A stretch of DNA of 62,674 nt, counting the filler, from Basidiobolus meristosporus CBS 931.73 (Eukaryota; Fungi; Basidiobolomycota): assembly GCA_002104905.1 (NCBI GenBank). It is 3 parts of 3 records of this genome, joined end to end, with 100 filler letters (N's around TTAATTAATTAA, not from the genome) between each part and the next. Parts side by side here need not be neighbours in the genome. Positions count along the whole stretch, not along the records: positions 1 to 16,003 come from MCFE01001134.1; positions 16,104 to 32,214 come from MCFE01001130.1; 1 more part is not named here. One strand, 5' to 3'. This document shows, in pieces, positions 13,079 through 24,785 of this stretch; within the stretch, counting starts at the first letter, position 1, and the number at the start of each line of letters is the position of its first letter. The notes beneath the pieces were generated by a model. The model ran no database searches and was not told where the DNA came from. It was given only the letters and a program-made list of their open reading frames with translations. The position numbers and the translations under genes were made by a program.

Positions 13079-14268
13079 TTAAACAGCATTGTGGAAAAGG
13101 TAGGAGATCGATTCACCGTTGTGAATACGGCGGATGGCCTCGGCAAGACTGCCAGAGATATCGATGACTTGGAGCTTGGTGCTCATGGCACGCTTCTCCG
13201 CAGGGACGGCAATGGTGTTGGTGATTACAACCTGGTAGACGCTGTTAGACTTCTCGAGCTTGGTCAGCGAGTCACCGGAGAGAATTCCATGAGTAGCTAC
13301 GATGTAAACACGCTGAGCACCACAGTTTTGCATCAAGTGGTCAGCGGCCTTGAGGAAGCTCTTGATGCTGTCAATCATGTCATCCTACAGGCAGATAGAC
13401 TTAGCCAAAATCTAGTAAATCTCGGGTACTAGGACTGCTTACCAAGAGGAAGACAACTCGGCCCTTGACGTCACCAACCAAGGTAATACCCTCATCGTCT
13501 TGGGATGTAATGCAGTTTTGGGTCTCGGATTCACATGACTGGTGGAAGCGGACCTTGGGATCCGAGTGAATCAATGCAAAGTCCACATTCAAACGATCGG
13601 CGAGAGATGTGACTCTATAAATTATCCAGCATTCTTAGTTTAGCCAAACTACAGGCAGCTTCTCCGTCATCACTCACCTTTTAGCACCGCCAGCGTTTTT
13701 GGACACGACAACACCGTCCTTGTAGTCAGGAACGTTCTCCATAATCCACTTGGCGATATTTGGCTCGGCAAAGAGATTGTCGACAGGCTTGTTGAAGAAG
13801 CCTTGCATTTGCGAAGCGTGAAGGTCAAGGGTAATGATGTGGTCAACACCAGCAACAGTAAGCATGTTGGCGATCACTAGATAACCAAAAGGATTAAAAT
13901 TCAAGGCGTTTCACCCATCATTATACGGTCGACTCACACTTGGCAGTGATGGCGCTGCGAGACTTCTTCTTGGATTGCTTAGAATAGGGGAAAGCAGGCA
14001 TGACAGCGGTGATACGCTTGGCCGAGGCAATCTTACAGGCGTTGATCATGATAAGAAGCTCCATAAGATGGTCGTTCACATTTCCGCAACCTCCCGACTG
14101 AATGATGAAGACATCCTGGTTACGCACAGAGACACCGATTTCGATGGAGGTCTCGCGATTGGAGAACTTCTTCAAAGCGACAGGGGAGGTTTTCTCTCCC
14201 AAGCGCTGAGTGATCAACTCAGCAAGCTCAGGATGAGAGGTACCGGAGAAGATTTTTGTTTCACGCAT
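13079..14268 (-). CDS. PRS5: Ribose-phosphate pyrophosphokinase, Prs5-type (exons 14268-13938, 13876-13678, 13614-13443, 13384-13079; 335 aa)
   Basis: [60 protein letters not shown] resemble yeast Prs5 rather than Prs2/3/4. Confidence 0.85.
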
Positions 14269-15462
14269 GCTTGGAAAATACTCGGCTGCCGTTGCCCTGA
14301 GGTTGGGTTGATTCAAGCTACTGTTAGAAAAAAAAAGATAGAAATGACAAGCTCGATCACGTGCGCTCACAAAAGTTTTCCAATGTCTCAGCTCACCTTT
14401 CAGGGATTGATTGGCTCAAGATCTATGATGATCTTGATTTTGATTTAGCAAACAGACGGTGTCTTGTCAATGCATGAGTTGATGGGTATGTTGATTAAAA
14501 TCTGGAGTGTGTATAGTCCGGGTGATTATGATAAACCATCGCCATCCCGATGATGACAGCAATATGTGGGATGTGGGATGTGGGATGTTCACCCAAAATT
14601 TCATTTCCCTGGAGCAGCTGAATAAATTGGGGTGTCAATAAGCATGATTCAGCGGGAAGTAATGTGGGTGATTTCTTCTCACCAATATCGATGGTTTCCT
14701 GGGGTAAAAATTTACTTGATGATACGGGGGCTTGTGATTGGAAGATAGATACGAACAAAACATACGAAACACTCTTGCGAGGACGTAAGCACTAGGAGTG
14801 CTTGCCGTCGCCATTCCACTGCTGCCTGTAAATGAGGCATATATTCAGCCCCGAGAACGTGCGGGGGGCCTCGCCTCTTCGATGAAACCAAGTGAACAGA
14901 CGGCTGGTTATTGCTCATGAGGTCACCGCCAATTCATCTGTTTTTCACTCTGATGCTGGCTGAGAGCAACTCAGGGTCTTGTATTCGTATTCCACGTGTT
15001 TTGGGAAAAATGGGAAGGATTATTCATTACGACTCCTATTTTAAAATAGTCTATTCATTGATCTCTAATATAAGAAATCATCGATAATCACAGGTCCAGA
15101 CATTGTGTGGCCTTTAATTATCTGGCTCTTCCTCTCACTGAGCGCTGTTTTCCTCGTTCTTTGCCCCTTTGTCCTTCACTTGTTTTTTTCTCCATTCGAT
15201 TACCTTTTCCTCTGAGCCCTTGGCAGCGGGTCGCACTTATCGTCTTTTCTGCTAGAGTTCTATTGGTACGTTATAGTCATAGTTTTGCTGATGAACCTAC
15301 AGGAAATGCTGGATTCCTTTTAGTCATCGTTCTTGATCGAAAATATGAATTGGCAGTTTGGAAATGTTTCCTACCCTCGACTTAACTACACTCCATTCGT
15401 ACGAATACTTACCAAAAGTTTTCACTTTTCAAGTTTATTTAAGGGTGTTAAGCGCACAGAAA

Positions 15463-15988
15463 ATGTCTAAATCTCCGACTCCCGATCCTCTTCGGGGGTT
15501 ATCAACTTCACCATCCATGTCTTCTCCGACAGGAATACCCGAGAGACTTCTTTCGAAAAGGTATTCTTCTTTTTCCTAGTTTCCTAGGTCGAAGGAATCC
15601 TGGGTTTCTCTGAGTTTTGTGCTGATTGCAACCGATGATTTGTAGAACTATGGAAATCCAAGCTGAAGAAGGCATATTGCCCTATCGTTCTCCCACTCAT
15701 ACTTCTTCAGTCAACTCCTTACTTGGATCATATAATGGCTCTCTTCTTGATGAAGGCTCTCGTTCTAAAACCCCAGAGTCTAAGCTTGGCCTCTCATTAT
15801 TAGACTCTCTTTCTGGTTCTTCGGGGCTTAGTTCTAGCAGTTTCCCTACTACTAGAAGAGCACGTGCAGATACCATGCCTTCTTCACTGTCCAGATATCC
15901 TTTCCGTAGTGTATCTCCTGGCACTTCTTCCGAGGCTTCCCCAATCGGAAGCATTATCCTACTTCAGGCACTACTCCCACACGAATGA
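15463..15988 (+). CDS. Ser-rich 5' part of an unidentified gene, possibly a Puf1/Puf2-like RNA-binding protein N-terminus; ends just before the gap
   Basis: ATG at 15463 and plausible intron 15561-15645 joining MSKSPTPD..KR to TMEIQ..RRARADTMPS. The motif recalls RRARAGT(V/M)PS of fungal Puf1/2 proteins (from memory). Stop at 15988. Confidence 0.3.
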
Positions 15989-16003
15989 GTAGTGGGAATA
16001 CTG

Positions 16004-16103
16004 NNNNNNNNNNNNNNNNNNNNNNNNNNNNNNNNNNNNNNNNNNNNTTAATTAATTAANNNNNNNNNNNNNNNNNNNNNNNNNNNNNNNNNNNNNNNNN
16101 NNN
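16004..16103. other. Assembly gap (N run with TTAATTAATTAA pad)
   Basis: N run; identical pad in the second gap. Confidence 0.95.
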
Positions 16104-19100
16104 TCTTCACAACTCCTAGCAGCTCTCTCTTAATCTGTGAGTATCTTTGTTCTCTAGGAGAGAATAGGCAGCTCTCATATCTGCAGGCATAGTGGTTGCC
16201 ATCTTCATCATTTTGGCCAAGTAGTGCTCCAGCCCCTATAGGGCTTGCATCCACTGTCAAAATAGGTGGGTATTCAGTGTTCTGAGAGTTAGGAGGTCTT
16301 AGAGCCGGTGGAGATACTAAGGCCTCTTTTAGTAATTGCAAGGCTTCTTCTTGCTCTTCTCCCCAGATAAATGGGGTATTCCTTCTCTGTAGTTGGTAGA
16401 TTGGTTTTGCAATCTCAAAATATCTTGGGATCCAGATCCTAAAGAACCCACAAGCTGCCGCAAAGCCACAAGCTTGTGTTAGATTTGTGGGGGTAGGCCA
16501 GTTGCATATCTTTTGTGTTTTGGAGTCTCCAGGTGAACAACCAAAGATGTTGCATTTTTGTCCAGCAATAGATATCCCTAATTCACCAAAGCTGCTTTTC
16601 TCACCACTGATGGTGAGTCCAGCTCCTTCAATGCCTCCAAATATGGCATCATTGTCTGAAATATGGTCATAGAAAAACTTTCTTACTCCAGGCATAACTT
16701 TGGTGGTGTCCTGGAATTTTGGTCCTTTGAAGCCTATGTCATCAACAAAGAGAGCAAGTTTCTCAGAGATAAACTGGTACAGCACATTCACCATGCATCT
16801 CTGGAGCTGAGCCACAGAGTTTGAAGCCCCTTGGCTGAGTCTTGTCATCCTTAACAGTCCAAATGGTGGCTGGAGTACAAACGTATCTCTTGATGTCTCA
16901 TCAAGGGGGAACTGGTCATATCCTGAGTAGAGATTGTATGTTGAGTAGATGCAGTGGCCACTAAAGCTTTCTGCAGAGTCATCAATAGATGGAGATATAT
17001 CAGCATCTCTGATAGTGACAGCATTTGCAGGTTGCATGTTTTAATGAATTGCAGCTTTTCATTCTTCTTTTTGGTTACAAACCATCTGTTAGCATAATGT
17101 CCATGGCAAGGTTCTAGGATACCAGCTTCTATCTTCTTCTTAAGTTGGTCATGCACATCAGCTTGGAGCCCTCTGGGCAGTGGGTAAGGCTTAAATGACC
17201 AGGGTGTGTGGGGTACTGTATGAATCTTGATAGGTTTTTCAACCAATGTCTTTAAGAGTCCCATCTCCTTATCATTATATGAGAAGACCTTATCATGCCT
17301 TGTCAAGGTTTCTTCAAATAATAGTATCTCCTCTGGTGTTAGGTTTCCATTTCCAATAATAAGTTGCTTAAGTCTCTCAGGTGTAAGTCATATATCTTCT
17401 GGTGTTTCTTGTAGTAGTCTAATGTAATCGGCAGGTTGAGATCCATCAGTCAGAGGTGTAAGTGATGGTCTAATCTTCTGTTCTAGTGTCTTGTATTTTG
17501 TTTGAACCATAGCTGTCTGCTCCTGTATACCTAATGAGCAGCTCCAAATGTTGGGGTGTATATTGTCAGGCTCCTCATCTTCTTCTATAACACGATGTGT
17601 CTTTTGGCAAGCAGTATGTGTCCTCTTATTGTTGGGTGTTATACCACAGAATGTTGACTGTAGTCCTAGCTTGGATCCTTTTATGGTGTAACATACTGAA
17701 CCTTCAGAAAAGTTGGTAGTTATAGCCTTGGTACTGGTTTCCCATGGTCTACCTAGCAGATGGTCAAAGTTTGCCTTCTGGCAGATGAAGAGGGGAAGCC
17801 AGACCTTGATTCCTTGTACCCCAATAGGGAACTTGTGCACTACACCATAGCATGGACTAGATCCTGAGTTTGCATCAGTCATGTTCCATCCAACATCTCT
17901 ATCAACAGGCAGCAGCTCCTTGCTTCTAAGTGTCTTCCAGAAGTCTAGCAGCATAACACAAATCTCTGAGCCACTGTCAATATGGCAGTCGAGAGGGTCA
18001 TCATATATATACCCTTTCACCACAGTAGTTGCAACTGAGTAAAAGGTCTTATATTCAGTAGTGTTGTCATCCTTTTGGTGGTCTTCATGGCTTGTTTGAA
18101 TTATATGGGTGTCCATACGTTCAATGGCTTGTTGTCATGTTCTAAGCTGCTCATCAAAGGTCTTCCTGACAGATGGGGATAAACTCATGATTTCTCCAAC
18201 CAACAAAGTGAGGTTCTGCTTCAGCAGCTTCTCAGTAATTAGTTGAGGGCTTGAATAGCTTGCTATCTTTGAAGTCATCTGAAAGTGAGGCAATGGATCT
18301 TGGGTGGGCAGCATACTTGGCCTCTTGTCAATAACAACTTCAGGTTCTTCAAATTGTGGTCTTCTAAAGATGGGTTTGGCAGGTTCTTCAGGGAGGTGTC
18401 TTTTAGTAGCAAAGGCATCAACTTTGTATTATCTGTTGTCAGGGCTACTTAGATTCACTGTATGAGTCCCAATAGGGGCATCAGCAGTAAACTTTCTGGT
18501 TGCTGAGTCAGATTTCTGGAGAAGGGCTCTCATCTCTCCACTTTGGAAATTAGTGGAAATCAATCTTCCTTCCTTGTCAGCAAGCATTCCATCAGCATCA
18601 AACTGCACTGCTCCTTCTCTGAGTAGCTGACTAAGCTCTGAGCATTCTTGTCTGGCATGCTGAGTAGAGCCACACCAGATGTAGTGTCTGGGCAAAGGTC
18701 TTTGGCCCTCAGTAGCTACCTAAGCTGAGCCATTAATCTTGAGGGCTAGCTTTTGTAGCTGTTCAGCAAGTTGGTCAATTCTGTTGGTAGTATAGGTCTG
18801 ATTGTCAGCAACAGCACTCCTTGGCTCCTTGGTTGGCTGGTTTGCCAGATTAGATGTCAGGAGTCTCATAAAGGTGGACATTTGCTTTGCCTCTAGGAGA
18901 ACATGTTTCATCTCTGCAAAGCAAGGAATGCCAGACTTGTCATCCTTGGCTGCATGTAAGTCAACTTTCCTTGCCAAGTTCTGGGGAAGCCTTTGTGCCA
19001 GGTGAAGTGTCATGATAAACTCAGTTATAGTCTGGGACTCTAGGAGTGGCTTGGCCATATCTTTATACTGTTAAATGAACTCTTCAAGTGGTAGCTTGGA

Positions 19101-19533
19101 TAGTCCAGTCCTTCCAAAGTGTCTGAGGTCTTCAATTCCATAGTATATCTGGGGTCTACCATACTTGGTCTGTGGGTAGGTCTTCATTAAGGCCCAGTCA
19201 GTGAGAGTGTCTCCTTGTCTGAGAAGCTTAGTGGTAATATGATTGGTACAGTAGTAGGGGAAGTCTTCAGCCATTTCTTGTTCAGATAGGCTGCACATGT
19301 TGCAGAGCTTCTCCCATTTGAATATGAAGCTTTCCACAGTTGCTCCATCAAACTGTGGGGCTCCATGTGAGAATGGTAATGGCATAGAGTTCATTTTGGC
19401 CAGGTAAGTTGGTGTTGTAATCTTGATAATATTGATAGTCTCTTTTCAATAAGTATATAACAGCTCAAATCTTCTGGTAAACCCTGTTGGTCCTAGGGAG
19501 CTTGTATGAGCCCCCCATGTTGGGAGCCAAATA
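16104..19533 (-). mobile_element. Degenerate Ty3/Gypsy retrotransposon (Gypsy-1) internal region: gag, Zn knuckle, protease, RT, RNase H
   Basis: gag PQFDGATVESF; knuckle IWCGSTQHARQEC; protease HIDSGSEICVM; RT DLYSGYDQ-like and FVDDIG; RNase H LTVDASPIGAGALL and YSQIKRELLG. Broken by stops and frameshifts. Confidence 0.9.
19508..19529 (-). promoter_or_regulatory. Primer-binding site of Gypsy-1, tRNA-Lys(CUU)-like
   Basis: Minus strand TGGCTCCCAACATGGGGGGCTC lies 4 nt inside the LTR end and resembles the canonical Lys PBS TGGCGCCCAACGTGGGGCTC. Confidence 0.6.
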
Positions 19534-20602
19534 TGTGGTGGTGTAAAAGTCCAAAGGAGAGATACATCCAGCACTCTGGAATGTTTTGTGTATGGGATGC
19601 TCACTGGGTGCAATAACCTCTGGCAAATGCTTGCTAGGAATATTTGGGTTCTGTCTCTAATCTAATGTGATGGAGAATAAAGCTACAAGCTTGTCAAGGG
19701 AAGACTATTGAGCTACAATCCCCAACTTAGTTGGTGTCTTAACAATAGTATGTGCTGGGTACAGCACCCTTTCAAATGACAATGTACTAAAGCTTCCAAA
19801 GGCAAAACAACTGTAAACTCCACCAGCAGGGTCTTGATAAGAATACAGCTGTGGTCAATAGACTTGTTCCATTGTACCGTGCCAGGGCGCGCGGCGCAAT
19901 CTGCGGTTGTAAAGAACAATTGGGCGCGATATCATAGCTACCAGAAGGCAAGATTGTTCTTGGACGATTTTGCACTATGCAGGACAATCTTGCACACTAT
20001 GGCACAATCTGACACGATGAGGTTGGCACAGATGATTGCGCCAACTCGTAATGTTTGCATCACGTGCGCAATTGGATACCGCTATAATGGCAGGTAAAAT
20101 CCGGTATTTGGATATGTTTCTTTAATGTAAATGGAAATAAATGTGTATCACACTATAAACTACACTGATACTTACCATTTTGGTTACCCTCACTCCAATT
20201 GGACGGTATCTCAGTGGTTAATTGGTCCAAAAGTATCCTGAATCTGGCAGCCCCCAATTGGCTCATTGACTACTGAAAAAGCTACCTGATTCACCATCAA
20301 ATATCCCATTTTGCCCATTGAGCAAGTAAATCCCTGATCCTAGTGATTGGACAAGGTGTCATAGCTAGCACGCAAGCAATTGTGTAGGTGCAAGACAGAT
20401 CCAATAGCTGCACTGGTATTACAGATGATGTATATATATGCAGGGTGTTTATTTATAGGGGTTCTGTCTCATATGTGAGACAACCTTGATATTACTTATA
20501 TCAAAAATTTGATGATCACTGATTTGCGATGGCTCAATTTGGATCGCAAAAAAAAAGGGTTGTTGGGATCATTACAAATGTAAGCAATTCAAAGCAATTT
20601 CA

Positions 20603-22525
20603 TCATCTTCTCCTGGGTTTTTTTCTCACAGGGATTACTACTGAAGTATTTGGTAGTGACTCACTTTGCACACCTATACTACTTCCTGGCTGACTATCAT
20701 CTTGGCTACTTGTGTATTTGTAGTCAGTATTTTGCCTCCTAGTTGATGAGTGCAATGCTGCAGCTTTGCCGCACTGAATTGCTCCAACTGAACTAACTGA
20801 ACCAGCCTGTAGTGCCACGCGCTGATGCGTTCTTTTACTTGCCAAGGGCTCTGGTGGTTGAGGCACTTCATGTTGGTCATCATCAGTCAGTTCACCAGAA
20901 GTAACTTGCTGATGGTCAGGCAAAACAGCACATGCAGGCGCACCTTGACGCATTAAGATGGCCCTTGGCTGAGTTCAATGTGATGCTGCATGTTGACGCA
21001 ACTCGGTCCGCTCCAATGGACTTGTGTCTAAATGAGCAGTTTGGCAAGTTCTTGTAGTTTTGCTCTGAAGCACGCTGTGGTGGTGTAGAGGTACTCCTGG
21101 GAGAAGCTACACAACTCAAGGTGTGTGAGGTGTCTGATGGGTGCAATAACCTCTGGGTCTAAACTGCTGGTGTCTTTGTCAGTATGTCTCTATGGTAAAA
21201 GCTCCTGCTTCTCTAGCTTCCTAGGTGCTCCAAGTGTCTCCAAAGGCCTCTGTGTGTCTTGTGCACTACCCTGAAAAGCTCCTTGATGGCAGGTCTGAGA
21301 TGTACTGTTGAAGGCAGGTGCAGTGATCAACTGCTAATCAATAAGGTAGAAGTGTTACTGATAGAAGGGATGATTTATTGATGAGGGATTGCTTTCCCTT
21401 AAATACTTTTCCCGATTGCCAAGTGATTACTAATGACAAGGTTCTAGAAGATTCTAGGTATGAGTGGAATTCTTGATGACATCACTATGAGCTGAAAATA
21501 TGCCAAGAATGTCCTGGAAGGTTCTAAAAGGCACAGCACTCTCAACCAATCAGGAATCAGTAGTCAGAAACCTGTGCAACATACAAATACCATATATGGT
21601 ATTGAAATGGTAGGGATGGTAACACAGACCTAGGTCATGTGTCACGGGTACTGACGCGGGTACTTGCCTTATATAGATACATCTACTGATCACAAAGCTG
21701 AATAACATCTGGGATAACTAATGCTAATAACTAATCAGGGTAAACATCAGATGGGGATAATACTGATAATATGGGCAAAAGAAGAATGGGATAATACTGA
21801 TAAGATAAAATATGGATAAGTATATCATAATGACTATATGAATAAACTTGTCTGTGGGAGGTATGTTTACCCTACCACAGCGCGCGTTGACTCAACGCGG
21901 GGTGTTCTGGTAAAGGGTGTTGGCGTGGTCTGGACTGACGTGCGCTGGCGTGCTGTGGTTGCAAGAGATGGCACGATCTGGACGATGTTGCTTGTGGTCT
22001 GTATTCTTCCTCCTGAAGCTCACCATCTGATTCCTCATGGTATTCACTTACCCTCTGTCTGATACTTTGGAGCTGTTGCCTGGATAAGTCTTGTGTAAAT
22101 TGCTCTCGGAAGCCACTTAGCTCTACTAATATATCACATAGTTCATTAGTCATTTGAGGCAAAAACTCATTCAAAATCTCTTTGGTTCCCAAAGTTGAGG
22201 CACAAACGGACGCGTCCGGCCTGTACTGTGCAAATTGCGCGCAAAATCGTTCCCGCACAGCTTCTTTGTCAAATCCCCTCACTCTCAGCTCATTCTTGAT
22301 TTAAATACTTGTCTTGTTATATATCTTTTTACATACATTGGCTGGCATCTTGATGTAGAACTCATGCCACAGCTTTCTACTCAAATTCTTCCATCTTTGT
22401 CAACTCTCTGAGGTATCTAGTTCTGCCAGATTAATCAGCAGTGCCCAAATATCTGTATGAAAGCTCATCATAGACACTTGGGCCATACTAAAATCATTTG
22501 GCAAGAACTCAAACGGATCCAACAT
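20603..22525 (-). pseudogene. Harbinger ORF2 (Myb/MADF-like) of copy 1, disrupted
   Basis: Homologous to 41277-42440; in-frame TAA (~22302, where copy 3 has GAA) and a solo LTR insertion. Confidence 0.85.
21076..21879 (-). mobile_element. Solo LTR (804 bp) related to Gypsy-1, inserted in ORF2
   Basis: TGTGGT...ACCACA ends; 4-bp TSD GCGC (left copy ACGC by CpG decay) deduced from the empty site in copy 3. Confidence 0.85.
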
Positions 22526-22977
22526 TGACTTCTCCGGTCCGGACCGTGCCTGTGAGCTGGGGGATGGGTTTTGTCTGGGTTGTACTAAAGATGAGTTGAG
22601 GCTTGGTATGGGGACCATAGCAACGGATTTGGATACTTATACAGCAGTATATTGGCATCAACCTGGTCTTATATGAAATATATATGAAAACTAATGTGAT
22701 TGTTGAATTTTCCATATATTATGCATGATGCATCTTGGATCGCGTTGACACGGATCAGATCACATCAATTGCAGATTTCCTATTTGATTATAGACCTATG
22801 AGTAAAGCATCAATAAAAATACCAAGGCATTGTTTGCGGATGATTTTTGCAACATAATGATGGGATACATGGCAATTGATGGAGATTTAACCATAATGTA
22901 TTAAAAATCAGATAAATAACGTAGATTGCGCCAAATCAATTCAAACCACCTTCACACGATCATCCATCAATTTTAAT

Positions 22978-23862
22978 ATGACTTATTCATCTGAATGGTC
23001 TTTTCTCATCAATCCCATCACTACCACTGAATTTCCTTTTGACACACTAGAGGAGATATACTCCAAGTACTGTGGACCATCAACCCCAATCTACTTAAGG
23101 AGATCCCTTGTTAAGCTTCTCTGCTATTACAAGAACTATTGCCCTACAAGGTTTCATCCCACCATCCATGGCAACAAAAGTCCTAGAAGCTTTCATTCCC
23201 AGCTGACAGCAATGGAGAACCACCTTGCAGAGGGTATGAATGACTTAGAGCAAGCTTGGAATACTAGGTTCAGAAGCTCCAATAGACTTCCATATCCCAG
23301 AGTGTTCAGCAACAGGTTCCATATCAGGAGTATTTTGGATACCTTCCCAGTGAGGATTAACAGACCTTCTAGAGGGCAGAGGCACTTTTATTCTGGCAAG
23401 TACAAGGCACACTGTGTGAAGTTTCAAGCACTGTCTGACATTGAGGGTAACATCATCTGGTTTAGAGGGCCATTTGCTGGAAGTAGGCATGACAAAGCAC
23501 TCTGGGTAGAGAATCATCCTGAATTCAGTAGAGGGGAGAAACGTATGGCAGACTTAGCCTATATAGGAGAGGATTGTCAGAGATTAGGATGTATTACAGC
23601 TTATAGGAAGCCAAGAGATGGTGTGCTTAGCAGGAAGCAGAAGCTCTACAATGAGATATTTAATCATTTCAGAGTAAGGGTAGAGCACACATTTGGATAT
23701 CTGAAGAGATTCAGCATATTGGCAGGTAAATACAGAGGAAAGTCATATATAGGAGAAAACAGCAGCATAGGTAAAATAGTTAAGATACTTATTAATGCAC
23801 AGTATGTTCATACAAGAAGACATCCACTGAGAGAAATGTGTCTGGAGCATTATGAAGAGTAA
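22978..23862 (+). CDS. DDE transposase, DDE_Tnp_4/Harbinger-ISL2EU-like, intact (294 aa)
   Basis: ILDTFP..RP, FYSGKYKAHCVKFQ, GSRHD, MADLAY, YN..F...RVRVEHTFGYLKRFSIL; the D-D-E triad is present. Confidence 0.9.
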   Translation: MTYSSEWSFLINPITTTEFPFDTLEEIYSKYCGPSTPIYLRRSLVKLLCYYKNYCPTRFHPTIHGNKSPRSFHSQLTAMENHLAEGMNDLEQAWNTRFRSSNRLPYPRVFSNRFHIRSILDTFPVRINRPSRGQRHFYSGKYKAHCVKFQALSDIEGNIIWFRGPFAGSRHDKALWVENHPEFSRGEKRMADLAYIGEDCQRLGCITAYRKPRDGVLSRKQKLYNEIFNHFRVRVEHTFGYLKRFSILAGKYRGKSYIGENSSIGKIVKILINAQYVHTRRHPLREMCLEHYEE

Positions 23863-24785
23863 ATAAAGCAAGGAAAGCACTATTCTGAGCAACATAAGTA
23901 AGATTGAGTAAAATTACCAGTAACTGTATCATACCACTGGCATCATGGTAGAAATTATAGTGCCAGATGGTGCCGTAGAGTGCCTGATTGATCCGGCACC
24001 ATAAACAGGCTGGCACTATGTGGCACTATCCAACGGAACAAGTCTAATAGTTATAAAGACAGAAAAGTATCGTTTCCTGTACAAGAACAAACTTGGGAAA
24101 GAATCAAATATAATAAAAGATACCTACTCTGAGTATTCCTCACAAGTAGTGCCTCCAAGGTCAGTTGGCTGTCAGTGCAGTTTCCTGGGAGTGACCTGTG
24201 GTTGGAAGTTCAGGTAGCAGCAGGTAGCAGTGATTGCACTAATCAACAAGTCAGTATATTGATAAAATGGATGATGACTTATTGTTGAGGGATAGCCTCC
24301 CTTATAAACTTTTCTCACTGGCTAAGTGATTACTACTCATGGTGTTCCAGAAGGTTCCAGAGATTGATAGAAATCTTAATGACATCAGAATAAGCTAAGA
24401 GTAATATAAGTAGGTGCTGGAAGGTTCTAAGAGTCACAGCACATCCAACCAATCAGGAATTGGTATTATGAAACCTGTGTAACATAGGGATACCATATAT
24501 GGTATGACGATGATAGGGATGGTGACACAGGTTGATCATATGTCACAGGTACTGGTGTGGGTACTTGCCTAATAAAGAGGCACTTACAGCAAGTATTCTT
24601 ACATAAAGTGTGGGATAACTTATGCAATAAGGTAAGCAGGTGTGATAGTCAACTGGCTTATGGGATAGTACTGATCAGGTAAGACAAATGGGATAAAACT
24701 AAAATAAGTGTAGTAGAGATATAGGGAAGTAGAGAATTTGGGAATGGGCACATCTGTCAGTGGGTGTCACTGTGACCCTACTACA

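Larger units (their letters stand above)
19860..24045 (+). mobile_element. PIF/Harbinger-like two-gene DNA transposon, copy 1
   Basis: TIRs AGACTTGTTCCATTG / CAACGGAACAAGTCT; 3-bp TSD AAT (19857-59, 24046-48), confirmed by the empty site at ~32485-32500; divergent transposase and ORF2. Confidence 0.9.
19534..24785 (-). repeat. Gypsy-1 5' LTR (~1.06 kb) split by Harbinger-like copy 1 (pieces 19534-19859 and 24046-24785)
   Basis: TGTGGT...ACTACA ends. The uninterrupted homolog at 32315-32816 joins the two pieces. Confidence 0.8.

Noticed and set aside
16048-16059. TTAATTAATTAA inside both N runs
   Set aside because: Identical pad with stops in all frames within scaffold gaps; an assembly artefact, not biology.
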